Source of the DNA: Hormoscilla sp.
GTDB taxonomy: Bacteria; Cyanobacteriota; Cyanobacteriia; Cyanobacteriales; Desertifilaceae
Direction of reading: 5' to 3'
NCBI GenBank assembly: GCA_051439505.1
Contig: JBFRWI010000166.1
Coordinates: 1 to 44,600 of the forward strand
Length of the DNA stretch: 44,600 nt
The notes under the pieces are model-generated. The model was not told the DNA's origin. It ran no database searches and saw only the letters and a program-made list of their open reading frames with translations. Made by a program: the position numbers and the translations under genes. Positions 28,588 through 37,924 of the stretch are shown here, piece by piece. The number at the start of each line of letters is the position of its first letter. Positions within the stretch are counted from its first letter, which is position 1.

Positions 28588-28863
28588 TTGAGACTCTCAA
28601 TGCTGCCACTTTTGCTTCCAGGTGATGAAGTGCTGGTCAACCCTAGGGCCTATCGTAACAGGTTGCCCCGGCCCGGAGAGATTGTGGTCGCCTGCCACCC
28701 CGCCCGGCCTGACTTGCGTTTGGTGAAGCGAGTGGCCGCCCTGTCGGGCGATCGATACTGCCACCTGATGGGAGATAATCCTGCCCAGAGTACGGATAGT
28801 CGATCGTTTGGTGCAGTATCAATTGATAATATCCTGGGTCGAGTGACCAGTGTTTTTAAGTAG
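28588..28863 (+). pseudogene. sodX: Ni-SOD maturation protease (S26 peptidase, SodX-like), probably 5'-truncated
   Basis: SM.P.L.PGDEVLV, P..GEIVVA.HP..P....VKRV, GDNP..STDSRSFG.V....ILGRVT; no N-terminal segment before the catalytic Ser; weak TTG start. Confidence 0.7.
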
Positions 28864-28886
28864 ATGCCTCCAAACCCGGTTTGCCT

Positions 28887-28911
28887 CGTGACCGGGGTCT
28901 CCCCGGTCACG
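28887..28911. terminator. Perfect 11-bp hairpin between convergent sodX and AKR
   Basis: CGTGACCGGGG-TCT-CCCCGGTCACG. Confidence 0.6.
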
Positions 28912-28929
28912 TTCAGTTGGGGATCTTTA

Positions 28930-29913
28930 TTAGGCCCCTCCATTGTAGGTTCCCTGTATTTTACCATCTAACCAAAGTTGTTGCAATTGTCCCAATATGT
29001 CTTCCGAAAGATTCGGTAATTCAGCCACAGACGCATTCTTGCGAATATGTTCTCGACTAGATGAACCCGGAATCACAGAAGTAACCGTTTGATTGTTTAA
29101 AATATATTTTAACGCGATCGCTGACATCGATAAGTCGGTGTTTTTGACGATCGGTTTAATCCGATCGACCATTTCTACCTGCTTTGCCACCCAATCATCC
29201 GGCGTCCATAAACCTCGCCAGTCTCCTTCGGGAAACTTCTGAGAGGATGTCCAATTACTCGCTAATGCACCGGAACTAAACGGACAGCGTGCTACTATCC
29301 CCACCTGATGTTTTTTTGCCATCGGAAACAGTGTATATTCTGGCTCCTGTTCTAAGATATTGTACACGGCCATCACCACATCAATCCGCCCTGCTTCGAT
29401 ATGACTGTTCGCTTCAGAAGCACGCCGATCGCCCACCGATATCCCGATCGCTCTAATTTTTCCCTGTTCTTTGAGCTTCACCATCGCTTCATACCATTCC
29501 GTGCGATCGCCCCAGGCCACATTCCAAGTATGCAAAAATAAAATATCAATGCACTCTCGCCGTAGGTTTTTGAGCGTCGTCTCGCAACATTTCCTTATCC
29601 AAGCAGGGGAAAAATAATCATCAATGTTACCTTGAGGTTTTGCCGACCATTCATCGCATTGAGGCGGTATTTTACTCGAAATTACCACTGATGGATGTCC
29701 CTGTAATGCCTGTCCTACCAGCTGTTCGCAATAGCCATTTCCGTATTCTAAAGCCGTATCAAAATAGTTTATCCCCGCTTCTATTGCTTCCCCGATCGCC
29801 TGACAATATTCCGCTTCCGTTTTCTTCCCCCAGACATCCCCTGACATTTGCCACGTACCCAGTCCCACTTCACTAATTTTGATATCTGTTTTTCCTAATT
29901 GACGCTTTTTCAT
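28930..29913 (-). CDS. Aldo/keto reductase
   Basis: LGKT...SEVGLGTW, GINYFDTALEYG, SSKI, IDILFLH, GKIRAIGIS, SVIPG. Confidence 0.93.
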   Translation of the reverse strand: MKKRQLGKTDIKISEVGLGTWQMSGDVWGKKTEAEYCQAIGEAIEAGINYFDTALEYGNGYCEQLVGQALQGHPSVVISSKIPPQCDEWSAKPQGNIDDYFSPAWIRKCCETTLKNLRRECIDILFLHTWNVAWGDRTEWYEAMVKLKEQGKIRAIGISVGDRRASEANSHIEAGRIDVVMAVYNILEQEPEYTLFPMAKKHQVGIVARCPFSSGALASNWTSSQKFPEGDWRGLWTPDDWVAKQVEMVDRIKPIVKNTDLSMSAIALKYILNNQTVTSVIPGSSSREHIRKNASVAELPNLSEDILGQLQQLWLDGKIQGTYNGGA

Positions 29914-30016
29914 GGTTACATTCCCTTATTTTCTTTGGTTATTTCCGACCTATAATGTATAAAAAAGGTTGCTTTACGGGTAGATTTTATGATTAAGGCA
30001 AATATCCAAATTACTA

Positions 30017-30706
30017 CTATCTCTTGATGCTTTCACCTCCGGCTAATTTAGCCAACATTTCAGTTAACGGATTAACGATTAGCTGGTAGATTTGATAGAT
30101 ACTGGAAATATCCTTCAAAGGAAAACGCTTTACTTGCCAAACACCGTTTAGTTCGCACCCAAACTCATGAGGATAAAAACGACCTATTATCCATCCGTCA
30201 GCTTCTTTTTCTGTTGTTGTCTCAACGCGGATCCATTTCCAAACCATTTCCGCAACATCATAAATCCGAGTTTCAGGATTAGTCGGCTGTGGATCGACAA
30301 TAGCAATCCAACATTCCGGTTCGTCTGCATCAACTAAATTAGGATCGTCACATCCTACCCAAGTCCAGACAAAGGCTAGATGCTGTACTTGCTTTGCTGG
30401 ATAATCGTCAATAGGAGTATCCCCTACTAAACAGTCGGCATTAACATAAAAGCGACCCAACCAAAATGGTAGCCCTGAATCGTAAGGAACTTGATGATTC
30501 AATAAACTATAATTATCTAAAAACATATACTGGTAATCGCAAACTGCGAACAGCTTATTTGCAGATATAGGTAATATTTTTTTCGCGTTATGCTCGGATG
30601 CGAACCTATTATCTATAACCTTAAACAGACTTCCAACTTGCTGGTGATAAGCTAGCATTATTTTGTAGCTTTCTGTTATTTGCTCGATAATATCTTTTCT
30701 CATCAT
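30017..30706 (-). CDS. Hypothetical protein
   Basis: ~229-aa AT-rich ORF upstream of the AKR on the same strand; ATG at 30706 preferred to the upstream TTG. Confidence 0.7.
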   Translation of the reverse strand: MMRKDIIEQITESYKIMLAYHQQVGSLFKVIDNRFASEHNAKKILPISANKLFAVCDYQYMFLDNYSLLNHQVPYDSGLPFWLGRFYVNADCLVGDTPIDDYPAKQVQHLAFVWTWVGCDDPNLVDADEPECWIAIVDPQPTNPETRIYDVAEMVWKWIRVETTTEKEADGWIIGRFYPHEFGCELNGVWQVKRFPLKDISSIYQIYQLIVNPLTEMLAKLAGGESIKR

Positions 30707-30909
30707 AACAGGTTTCTTTCCTTCTGGCCCCAAGTTTTTCCCTGTACTCTACCACTATAACTGCCGCTCTCCTCCCTGTCAACCTCCCCCTGATTATTTT
30801 AACATTTTTTTCCAGTTTATTCCTCGGCACTGGTTCAGTCTAATTGCTGAAACCCTCTCCCAGTAATGGATATAGCTGTTTTCTCGCTCTTCTGGCCGAA
30901 ACAGTGCCT

Positions 30910-31048
30910 TATTCCCTTAAGGCTGTAAAATATTTGCCAATGGGCCAGGCATTTATACCGATCGGTTTCTTGATAATCCCATCGCCATCCCCCAAGGCTT
31001 GCCAAATCTCGCTGGTGTTAGAAAATCACTAAAGGTGGCGATCGCCTC
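30910..31048 (-). pseudogene. Degenerate internal fragment of the FAD-binding oxidoreductase gene
   Basis: Direct repeat of 32525-32664: first 43 bp identical, then about 16 substitutions and a 1-bp gap by manual alignment. Confidence 0.9.
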
Positions 31049-31143
31049 CCATTCTCGATTGGCATACTAATCTTACCGATAAAATACTTCCTACTTGATA
31101 TAATATAAATTGTAGTGTGAAAGGTGGGTTTTCAGGGAGCGCG

Positions 31144-31992
31144 ATGAACCAAGCAAGTCAAGCAGGTCAAGCAGGTTGGGACGTGGGAGCGTTAGAAGGA
31201 GGCGTGAGTCAAACTTTCCGGGCACTAGAAGCGGGAATGCAGGTGGTCTCGATCGCCAGCTTAGACTTGAAAACTTGTCAGGTCTCCGACAAGGTGGCAG
31301 AAGTATTAGCTCGGCCAGCACTAGAAAGATTTGACTATATTCCCGCCAGCGATCGCGGCCAGATTGTCGGTGTTTTGCATCGCCTCGAAGCTGGCAAAAG
31401 GGCAGGTGGTCGGGAAATCTCGGAGACTATCTCAGTCGGGGAAGCAATGCAACCCTTAGACGAGTCGCTCCCGATCGCTGCCAATGCTAGTTTGCTCTCT
31501 TATATAGAAAATGCCGATCGCTATTTTTACCAATTGGTTGCTAGGGAAAAAGATATTATCGGCATCGTCACCCCGAGCGACTTGCAAAAATTTCCCGTGC
31601 GTCCTTTACTTTTCTGCGCGATCGCTGGGGTAGAACTGCTGTTAGCCGAATGGTTGCGTCAAAACTATCGAGAACAAGACTGGCTAGCAGTTCTGTCTGA
31701 AAAACGCCGGGCAATTATCGCACAAAGATGGCAGGATTGGGGATCCGATAACACAGCCCTAGATTTGGTCAGCGTAACGGAATTTTGCGACAAGCGAGAT
31801 GCAGCTCTTCATCTGGGTGCCTTTAACAGCAAAAGTGCCGCCAGAAAAAAACTCAGAGATATTGAATGGTTGCGTCATGCTGTCATGCACTCGGGAGATT
31901 ATGCTCTGACTCCAGAAAATGCCCAGCGGGTATCGCGAACCATGCGTCAAGCCCGAGAAACGATCGCCATTCTCCAGGACGCCCTACCGTAA
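31144..31992 (+). CDS. CBS-domain-containing protein with helical C-terminal domain
   Basis: FDYIP...GQIVGVL, VGEAM.PL, IIGIVTPSDL; C-terminal LRHAVMH (RxxxxH-like) segment. Confidence 0.7.
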   Translation: MNQASQAGQAGWDVGALEGGVSQTFRALEAGMQVVSIASLDLKTCQVSDKVAEVLARPALERFDYIPASDRGQIVGVLHRLEAGKRAGGREISETISVGEAMQPLDESLPIAANASLLSYIENADRYFYQLVAREKDIIGIVTPSDLQKFPVRPLLFCAIAGVELLLAEWLRQNYREQDWLAVLSEKRRAIIAQRWQDWGSDNTALDLVSVTEFCDKRDAALHLGAFNSKSAARKKLRDIEWLRHAVMHSGDYALTPENAQRVSRTMRQARETIAILQDALP

Positions 31993-33345
31993 ATCCCATG
32001 CCCGCATTTTACCAGGATTCAGCAGTCCATAGGGGTCAACCTGTTTCTTGAACTCGAACTGGACTGGATCTATCTCTTTTCTGCCCCCGTCCTCTAAGAT
32101 ATAAGTGTGGGGATTGGCAATAAATACCCCATGTTCTTCGTGATAGCGAATTATCTCCTTCAGGCGGGACTCGGTGGTAAACTGCACTACTTGTAGCCCG
32201 ATCGGGACTGCTTCACCATTCGCCCGCATAAATTCCAAGTGCATCATCACTTCATCTCCAAAGTGACGATACATGTGTTCCACCATCTGGAGATTGCGAT
32301 CGGCGGGAAAGCCACTCTGTAAATATGTTAGGGAAGGATCGGCATTCCGAGCATGTAAGGTGGTATGATTCCAGGTAAATTCTCCCAGGTTTACTCCTTT
32401 CCCCGCTGACTCGGCGGCTTTTTCATAAGTAATCTGACCGCCAAATTCGGACACTAACTCTTGCAAGGGTTCTAATCCAGATTCTGCTACTATTAGTAAG
32501 GCGGCATGGTTACCCTCGGGAATATATTCCCTTAAGGCTGTAAAATATTTGCCAATGGGCCAGGCATGAATGCTAATCAGTTTCTTGATTATCCCATCCG
32601 CATCCCCCAAGGCTTGCCCAAACCGCGCTGATGTCATAAAATCATCAAAGGTGGCGATCGCCTCTACCCAAGGATAGGCGGGGGCCAGGGGAATCTCTAA
32701 CTCGGTGATAATGCCATTGGTACCGTAAGCGTGATTCACTTTCTGGACTTCCTCTCCCCGCAGTTGGATAACCCGGGGTTCGGATTCCATGGTGACGATG
32801 CGCACCGCTAACAGATTTCCCCGATCGCGCAATCCTCCATAAGTAATGGAACCAATGCCACCGCTACCCCCACCGATAAATCCCCCGATCGTGGCAGTAC
32901 GATAGGTTGAGGGGGCCATGCGAATTTCCCAACCAATGGACCGAGTTTGCTTATCCAGTTGGGCCAGTTTCACCCCCGGTTCCACCCGCGCCCATCCCGG
33001 TTTCATTTCTTTGATTTCCTGCATCCCCGTCATGTCTAAGATCGCGCCCCCATGGAGGGGAACGCATTGTCCGTAATTTCCCGTTCCCGCACCCCGTACC
33101 GTGAGGGGGACTCGATGCTTTACACATGCAGCAGCAACGCGCAAGACTTCTGCTTCGTTAGCAGGACGAATAACAATATCCCCGGTTTTCTGTGACAGCA
33201 GAGGTTGGAGAATAGGGCTAAAGGTATGGTAATCTTGGGATAACTTCGCCACCTGAGTGGGATCTGTAATTATTTCCAGTCCTGACAGGGCATCCTTCAG
33301 ACTTCGAGCGTCTATTTTATCTGTTTTATTTGTGTGATTGTTCAT
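31984..33345 (-). CDS. FAD-binding oxidoreductase (FAD_binding_4, GlcD-like)
   Basis: VRGAGTGNYGQCVP..GG, MAPSTYRTATIGGF, HAYGTNGIIT, DPYGLLNPGKM; ATG at 33345 chosen over the 33537 extension. Confidence 0.9.
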   Translation of the reverse strand: MNNHTNKTDKIDARSLKDALSGLEIITDPTQVAKLSQDYHTFSPILQPLLSQKTGDIVIRPANEAEVLRVAAACVKHRVPLTVRGAGTGNYGQCVPLHGGAILDMTGMQEIKEMKPGWARVEPGVKLAQLDKQTRSIGWEIRMAPSTYRTATIGGFIGGGSGGIGSITYGGLRDRGNLLAVRIVTMESEPRVIQLRGEEVQKVNHAYGTNGIITELEIPLAPAYPWVEAIATFDDFMTSARFGQALGDADGIIKKLISIHAWPIGKYFTALREYIPEGNHAALLIVAESGLEPLQELVSEFGGQITYEKAAESAGKGVNLGEFTWNHTTLHARNADPSLTYLQSGFPADRNLQMVEHMYRHFGDEVMMHLEFMRANGEAVPIGLQVVQFTTESRLKEIIRYHEEHGVFIANPHTYILEDGGRKEIDPVQFEFKKQVDPYGLLNPGKMRAWDLR

Positions 33346-33369
33346 ATTTTCTGCTTGATTCTTTCTGGC

Positions 33370-33393
33370 GGGCAGGCGAGACGCCTGCCCTAC
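33370..33393. repeat. REP-like palindrome
   Basis: GGGCAGGCG-AGA-CGCCTGCCC-TAC. Confidence 0.65.
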
Positions 33394-33673
33394 GAAGTCA
33401 TATCCACCTCTGGAGATGAGGTTATTGTACAGTGTACTCTGTTCGGTGGAGATAATCTGTATCAGAGGCCCGATCGCGTTCCCGGGAGTACCAGAGTTCG
33501 CTCTCGGCAGCTGCTGTCGTACTGAAGGCACCCACATGATGGAGCAACTGGGAAGAATATATAAACAATAGGTCGAGACAAAGCAAATCTCGGTCGGCAG
33601 ATGTCACCGCATCACTGATAGAATACTAGAGGGTGACGGTTTGAGATCTCCCCAAATTAACCACTGGATATCT

Positions 33674-34962
33674 ATGATGACTTTGAATCAAGAGACGATC
33701 GCGCGATTAGGGATCCGTTCCATTCTGCATATCAATCAGATGGGGGGGAAGTTTGGCGGTACGGAGGAATTATTATCAGTCTTGCCCAACTCCTGATGCC
33801 GATGGGGATAACTTCTCATCTGCTTTATGATGATGTCCACGGCACTATCCCAGAGGGGATATCTCATACCTGTGTTCCGGGTCTGAGTAACCGGGATGGC
33901 GATGCTGAGGTGGGCGAGCGGGTGTTGGATGCAGTCAGACAAATCAATCCCGATCTTGTCTACGTTCACAATATCTTCGACGTGCGGGTAATTCAAGCTT
34001 TAAGTTTAAGTTTAAGTTTAAGTTTAAGTTTAAACCAACCGGACCGCAAGTATCCGATTTTATGGTACGTTCACGACCACTTTCCCACCTGCTTAACGGA
34101 GTTAAGAACCCGTCCAAATCAACCAGATATCGTTTGCTATCAACCGCTGTCACAAGCATGTCTGGACAATATCGCAGCGGGAGATTGCGTGAAGCGACAT
34201 GCCGAGAGAAGTTTTGCCGATGGCGACCTGAAGGCGCGGATCTCACTGCTCAAATCCTTGGGCTGGGTTGACGCTATTGTTGTGGTGAGTGAGTTCATGA
34301 AAGAGGTTCTGATCGCAAATAAGCCTGATATTTCCGAGAAAACCTATGTGTTACCTCGACAGGTACGACCCAGCTTGAAGTTTATACAGCGATCGACTGC
34401 GGCAGCACCGGCGATCGCCTGGGCTGGCAGAATTCTTTGGGAAAAGGGCTTGCATCTGGCGATCGAAGCCCTCTGCAAGCTTCAGGTAAAGGAGAAAATT
34501 GTCTTTAAGATTGCCGGGGTGGTAGAAGATGAAAGTTACTGGTCTGATTGTCTGAAGTTAGCCGCTCAGGTAGAGTCAAGGAATCCATGGATCTCCATCC
34601 AATATCTCGGATATTTAAGTTATGAAGAGGTCGATCGCCTGTTCGCGGAAGCTGATATTGTTCTGGTCCCTTCGATCTGGGCCGAACCTTTGGGGGCTGT
34701 GGCGGCGGAAGCCCTACGAAATGGTGCGGCTGTGGTAGCATCGGCTGTGGGGGGCATTGATACTTGGGTTATTCCTGAAAAAACAGGGATTCTCGTGCAA
34801 CCGAATAATGCTGCGGCCCTGTCAGAGGCGATCGCCCTCCTTTTGGACGACGAAGAACTGCGTAGCAACCTAGCTAACGCTGGTCGAGAATTGACTAACA
34901 GCAAATTTTCTGGTGAGGAACATCTCAAAGCATTGGCAGAGGTAATTCAAAACTGTAGATAG
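33674..34962 (+). pseudogene. GT4 glycosyltransferase with a frameshift near 33770 (or a sequencing error)
   Basis: Frame from ATG 33674 gives ..ILHINQMGGKFGGTEE; continuation IISLAQLLMPMGITSHLLY lies in the frame of the 33796 ORF, which has AGRI..EKG and EPLGAVAAEAL. Confidence 0.75.
33999..34033 (+). repeat. Hexanucleotide microsatellite (TTTAAG)x5 + TTTAA inside the GT4 reading frame
   Basis: Encodes LSLSLSLSLSL. Confidence 0.95.
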
Positions 34963-35004
34963 GGTGCCATCTGAGATCCTGTACCATTTTCAATTGGTCT
35001 CCTA

Positions 35005-35058
35005 GTCCGCCGTGGGTTTAAACCCACGGCTAACAGCTTAAGTGGGTTAAAACCCACT
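35005..35058. repeat. Double-hairpin REP-like element (family A variant)
   Basis: GCCGTGGGTTTAAACCCACGGC-TAACAGCTTA-AGTGGGTTAAAACCCACT. Confidence 0.8.
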
Positions 35059-35188
35059 AGAAACATTGTCGAGATTTGGATTTCTTCTCGTGAAGCCTGC
35101 CGACGAGGGTAAAACGCTTTCTCTATACGGTAATAGTCGGTTTCAGTGGAACCCCCCAATTGTCCAGAACCACCAGATGCAGATGATT

Positions 35189-35695
35189 TCACCCCTGGAC
35201 TCTCTCCCTGCTCCCCTCTCTCTGCTCCCTGCTCATGTAGGGACTGCCGATGGTAACTGATGCGGCCTCCAGAGGGTAAACGGTCACCCCTGCTAAAGTT
35301 TCGATCCAGACCGTGGCTCCGCAATCGTGGGGTTTCTGGGGTCTATAGACCACGCGACAGGGTCCGTGAATTTCCGCTTCGTGACCCAGGGCCTGATTGC
35401 GGGTTCCCCGCTTCACCGACAGTACTGGTTTGGCCGTCGTTGAGTGCTTCTGGTTGTAACCGATGCTTTGGCGGTTGATGTGAACTGTATTGACAGAGCA
35501 AGGTCTCTGGGGTTGCCAGCGAGGCTGAGGACCTCGTTTTCCTTTTGTCACTCGCGGCTTTCCGTTATATAGGGGAATCACCCAGACTCTGGCAATTTTC
35601 TGGGCTCCCTGGATGCGACCTTGTTTTAATAGCAGGCGAACTCTCTGGGAGGAAATGCCTAAGATCGCCCCTGCTTCGGCGGTTCCGACAAACAT
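35189..35695 (-). CDS. Excisionase-like helix-turn-helix protein with a conserved C-terminal domain of unknown function
   Basis: MFVGTAEAGAILGISSQRVRLLLKQGRIQGAQKI..VWVIP (HTH_17-like); C-terminal VHINRQ..PVLSVK..GHE..I.GPCRVVYRP.KP..CGA.VWIET. Confidence 0.78.
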   Translation of the reverse strand: MFVGTAEAGAILGISSQRVRLLLKQGRIQGAQKIARVWVIPLYNGKPRVTKGKRGPQPRWQPQRPCSVNTVHINRQSIGYNQKHSTTAKPVLSVKRGTRNQALGHEAEIHGPCRVVYRPQKPHDCGATVWIETLAGVTVYPLEAASVTIGSPYMSREQREGSRERVQG

Positions 35696-36215
35696 AATAA
35701 AACTATTGCGCTGATAGCAACAGTTTATCCCCAGCAAGGCCAGGACCGCAACATCGTGGAAGCGGGGGCGACAGGAAAGCCGGGTTTCTATTTCAATTCT
35801 CCGAGTTCTTGCGGAATTTTCGGAGAAACCAGGTTTCTTGCTTTTGTTTTCTGTGAAAGGGTTTGAGGCGACTGCCTGGCTGATTTTTCTCCTAGTCCCG
35901 CTACAAGTGCGCCGGTACTCTCTTAAGGTTTTGGGATCTTCTCGCCCTGAGCGTCGCCTCATTGCCAGTCTGGATGGAAAGGACTCCTGCCCCAACTGGC
36001 GAATCTCATCGGCTTAAAGGTTGATTTTCTTAGCCCAAATAGGTTGCTTGGGGGATTGACAAATTTCCATGCCAGTGCAGTTCGGCAAAAATAGGTGGAT
36101 GTTTTTTGGCAAAAATGTGGATAAGGGTTGATTGTCACTCGGGATTTGGTGTACTATAGTGGAAATGTGGCAAAATCAAGCCAAGGCAAATCAAAGCAGA
36201 AGTAGAGGCAAAAAG

Positions 36216-36713
36216 ATGTTCAAACAAATAGTAAAAAAAATGGCATGCGTAGTAATGTTGTTGCTAGTGGTAATGCTAATGCAACCAGAACAAGTGATAG
36301 CATCCGACTGCATAAACACAGAATTCAAACTGTTAAATGGGGCGAGCAAGGATGTGATATTACATCAAGGTTTTGACTACAAAACCCTGGCGTGCGACAA
36401 TCTGATGCCAATAGACACAATAGTAAGGGAGTATAACTGTCAATTCCAATTACAAGTACCCGCAGAAAAACAACAAACACAACACAATTTATGTCCAGTA
36501 AGATCACAGTTGATGACAACATTTTCATATGCGCAGTATGGAGATGGCATAGTAGAGTGTAAGTTAAGTGAATGTCCCAAATCCTTCACAAAACCAGATT
36601 TGATCACCACGGAAATAATCGAAATTCAAACGATAATACTCGAACCACGGGACCGGACCTTTGTAGCACATCCACTGGGCCAAGATAACAATAAAGGGTC
36701 CACCGGACAATAA
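36216..36713 (+). CDS. Hypothetical secreted cysteine-containing protein
   Basis: Signal-peptide-like MFKQIVKKMACVVMLLLVVMLMQPEQVIA; six Cys in the mature part. Confidence 0.6.
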   Translation: MFKQIVKKMACVVMLLLVVMLMQPEQVIASDCINTEFKLLNGASKDVILHQGFDYKTLACDNLMPIDTIVREYNCQFQLQVPAEKQQTQHNLCPVRSQLMTTFSYAQYGDGIVECKLSECPKSFTKPDLITTEIIEIQTIILEPRDRTFVAHPLGQDNNKGSTGQ

Positions 36714-37499
36714 AGAGTGAGGCAAGTCACGGAAAAGGATAGATCCTCTCAAATAATCTTAGAACCCATATCAACTAACGGCTTCGGATACGGAAAAGCG
36801 AATCGCAGTAACCAGAGGAACAGTCGCGCTTACAGAAAGGAAATCCAAACACTTTGGAGAACAAGGGAAGAGGCCGATCGCCCCTTCCCCTACCGGTCTT
36901 CAACTCTCTGAACACCACTCCTAAACCAGATCGACCAACGGCGATCGCATCTCCCAAATGCGATCGCTGTTGCATTTTACTCGTAAAGCCGGACAACACG
37001 CTCGATAAACCGTTCCACCGTAACCACAGGCACTGGCGATCGCAGATGGCCAGGAAAATCGAAACCTTAGCCACGGGACAAAGGTTTTGTCCGGGTATCC
37101 TTCCCCGATCGCCCGGCGGTAGCGCCAGTGCAATCTCGATCGGGAATAGTACCAACTAGCCCCCAATACCCCTCGGTTAAGCGGGGCGCAGGGAGCACCC
37201 GAGCAGGGAGAGGGAGATTGCTTTGGGGGGATTGATTCAGGGGTCAACACAGCTGTTCATTTGCCAGCCCCCCTCGCAATGACAGGTTGTATCCCTTGAA
37301 GTATTGAACCATCTGCCACAGGCGATCGCCCCATATCCCTAGTGATGCAAGTCACAACCTTTTACCACAGAAAGTCACCACCTCTGGAGATGTCTCTCAC
37401 ATTTCAACTCCAAATTTCTCACAACTCACCTGCTGTCATCATCACCCCACAGTTTTGCTATCCGAGGGATATTAGAGTTGTAGAGTTCAAGGAAACATC

Positions 37500-37727
37500 A
37501 TGCGGTCATACATCGAAACCTTATCCAACTCCGTCTCTGAGATTGTCTTCAGCACTGCTGAAACCGGCACAATCAATCTATCCGACTACCATCTGCTGAC
37601 CACTGTTGTCAATAATGAATTTCTCAGCGAGTTAGAGAGAAAATCTGCACAGCGAGTCATATATCTCATTGGTAGAGGTCGCTTATCACTGGTTGATAAC
37701 TTAACCCAGGACTGGATAGCCGCCTAA
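37500..37727 (+). CDS. Small cyanobacterial hypothetical protein
   Basis: 75 aa; S..ETG.I...D...L.......LSE.ER....R.......GR pattern resembles a recurring small cyanobacterial protein family; AAGGA RBS. Confidence 0.6.
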   Translation: MRSYIETLSNSVSEIVFSTAETGTINLSDYHLLTTVVNNEFLSELERKSAQRVIYLIGRGRLSLVDNLTQDWIAA

Positions 37728-37864
37728 CCTTCTGTATTATTTTTTACTTTTTACTCGCAAGGGCCCGGCCTGGCAGATTTTGATACTATAGTTATAGTTG
37801 CACAACTCAGCAGCGGCTTACTCTAGTTAGGTATTTAGCCTTCTTAATTCTTAATTCTGTAAAA

Positions 37865-37894
37865 GCCCGCCGGGGGTTCAAACCCCCGGCGGGC
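37865..37894. repeat. Family A palindrome, possible bidirectional terminator
   Basis: GCCCGCCGGGGGT-TCAA-ACCCCCGGCGGGC between convergent genes. Confidence 0.8.
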
Positions 37895-37924
37895 CAGGAG
37901 ACTCATTGAGAATAGTGCAAGATA

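Noticed and set aside
30910..32664. DGR template/variable repeat pair
   Set aside because: Mismatches are not adenine-specific on either strand or copy, there is an indel, and no reverse transcriptase is present
33346..33537. N-terminal extension of the FAD oxidoreductase
   Set aside because: Runs through a REP palindrome and shows no family-like sequence
35696..35995. N-terminal extension of the HTH protein
   Set aside because: Crosses GAAA(C/G)C(A/C)GG(G)TTTCT-type palindromic repeats; the HTH begins at ATG 35695
36717..37250. Overlapping ORFs on both strands
   Set aside because: No frame gives a recognisable protein; possibly decayed sequence
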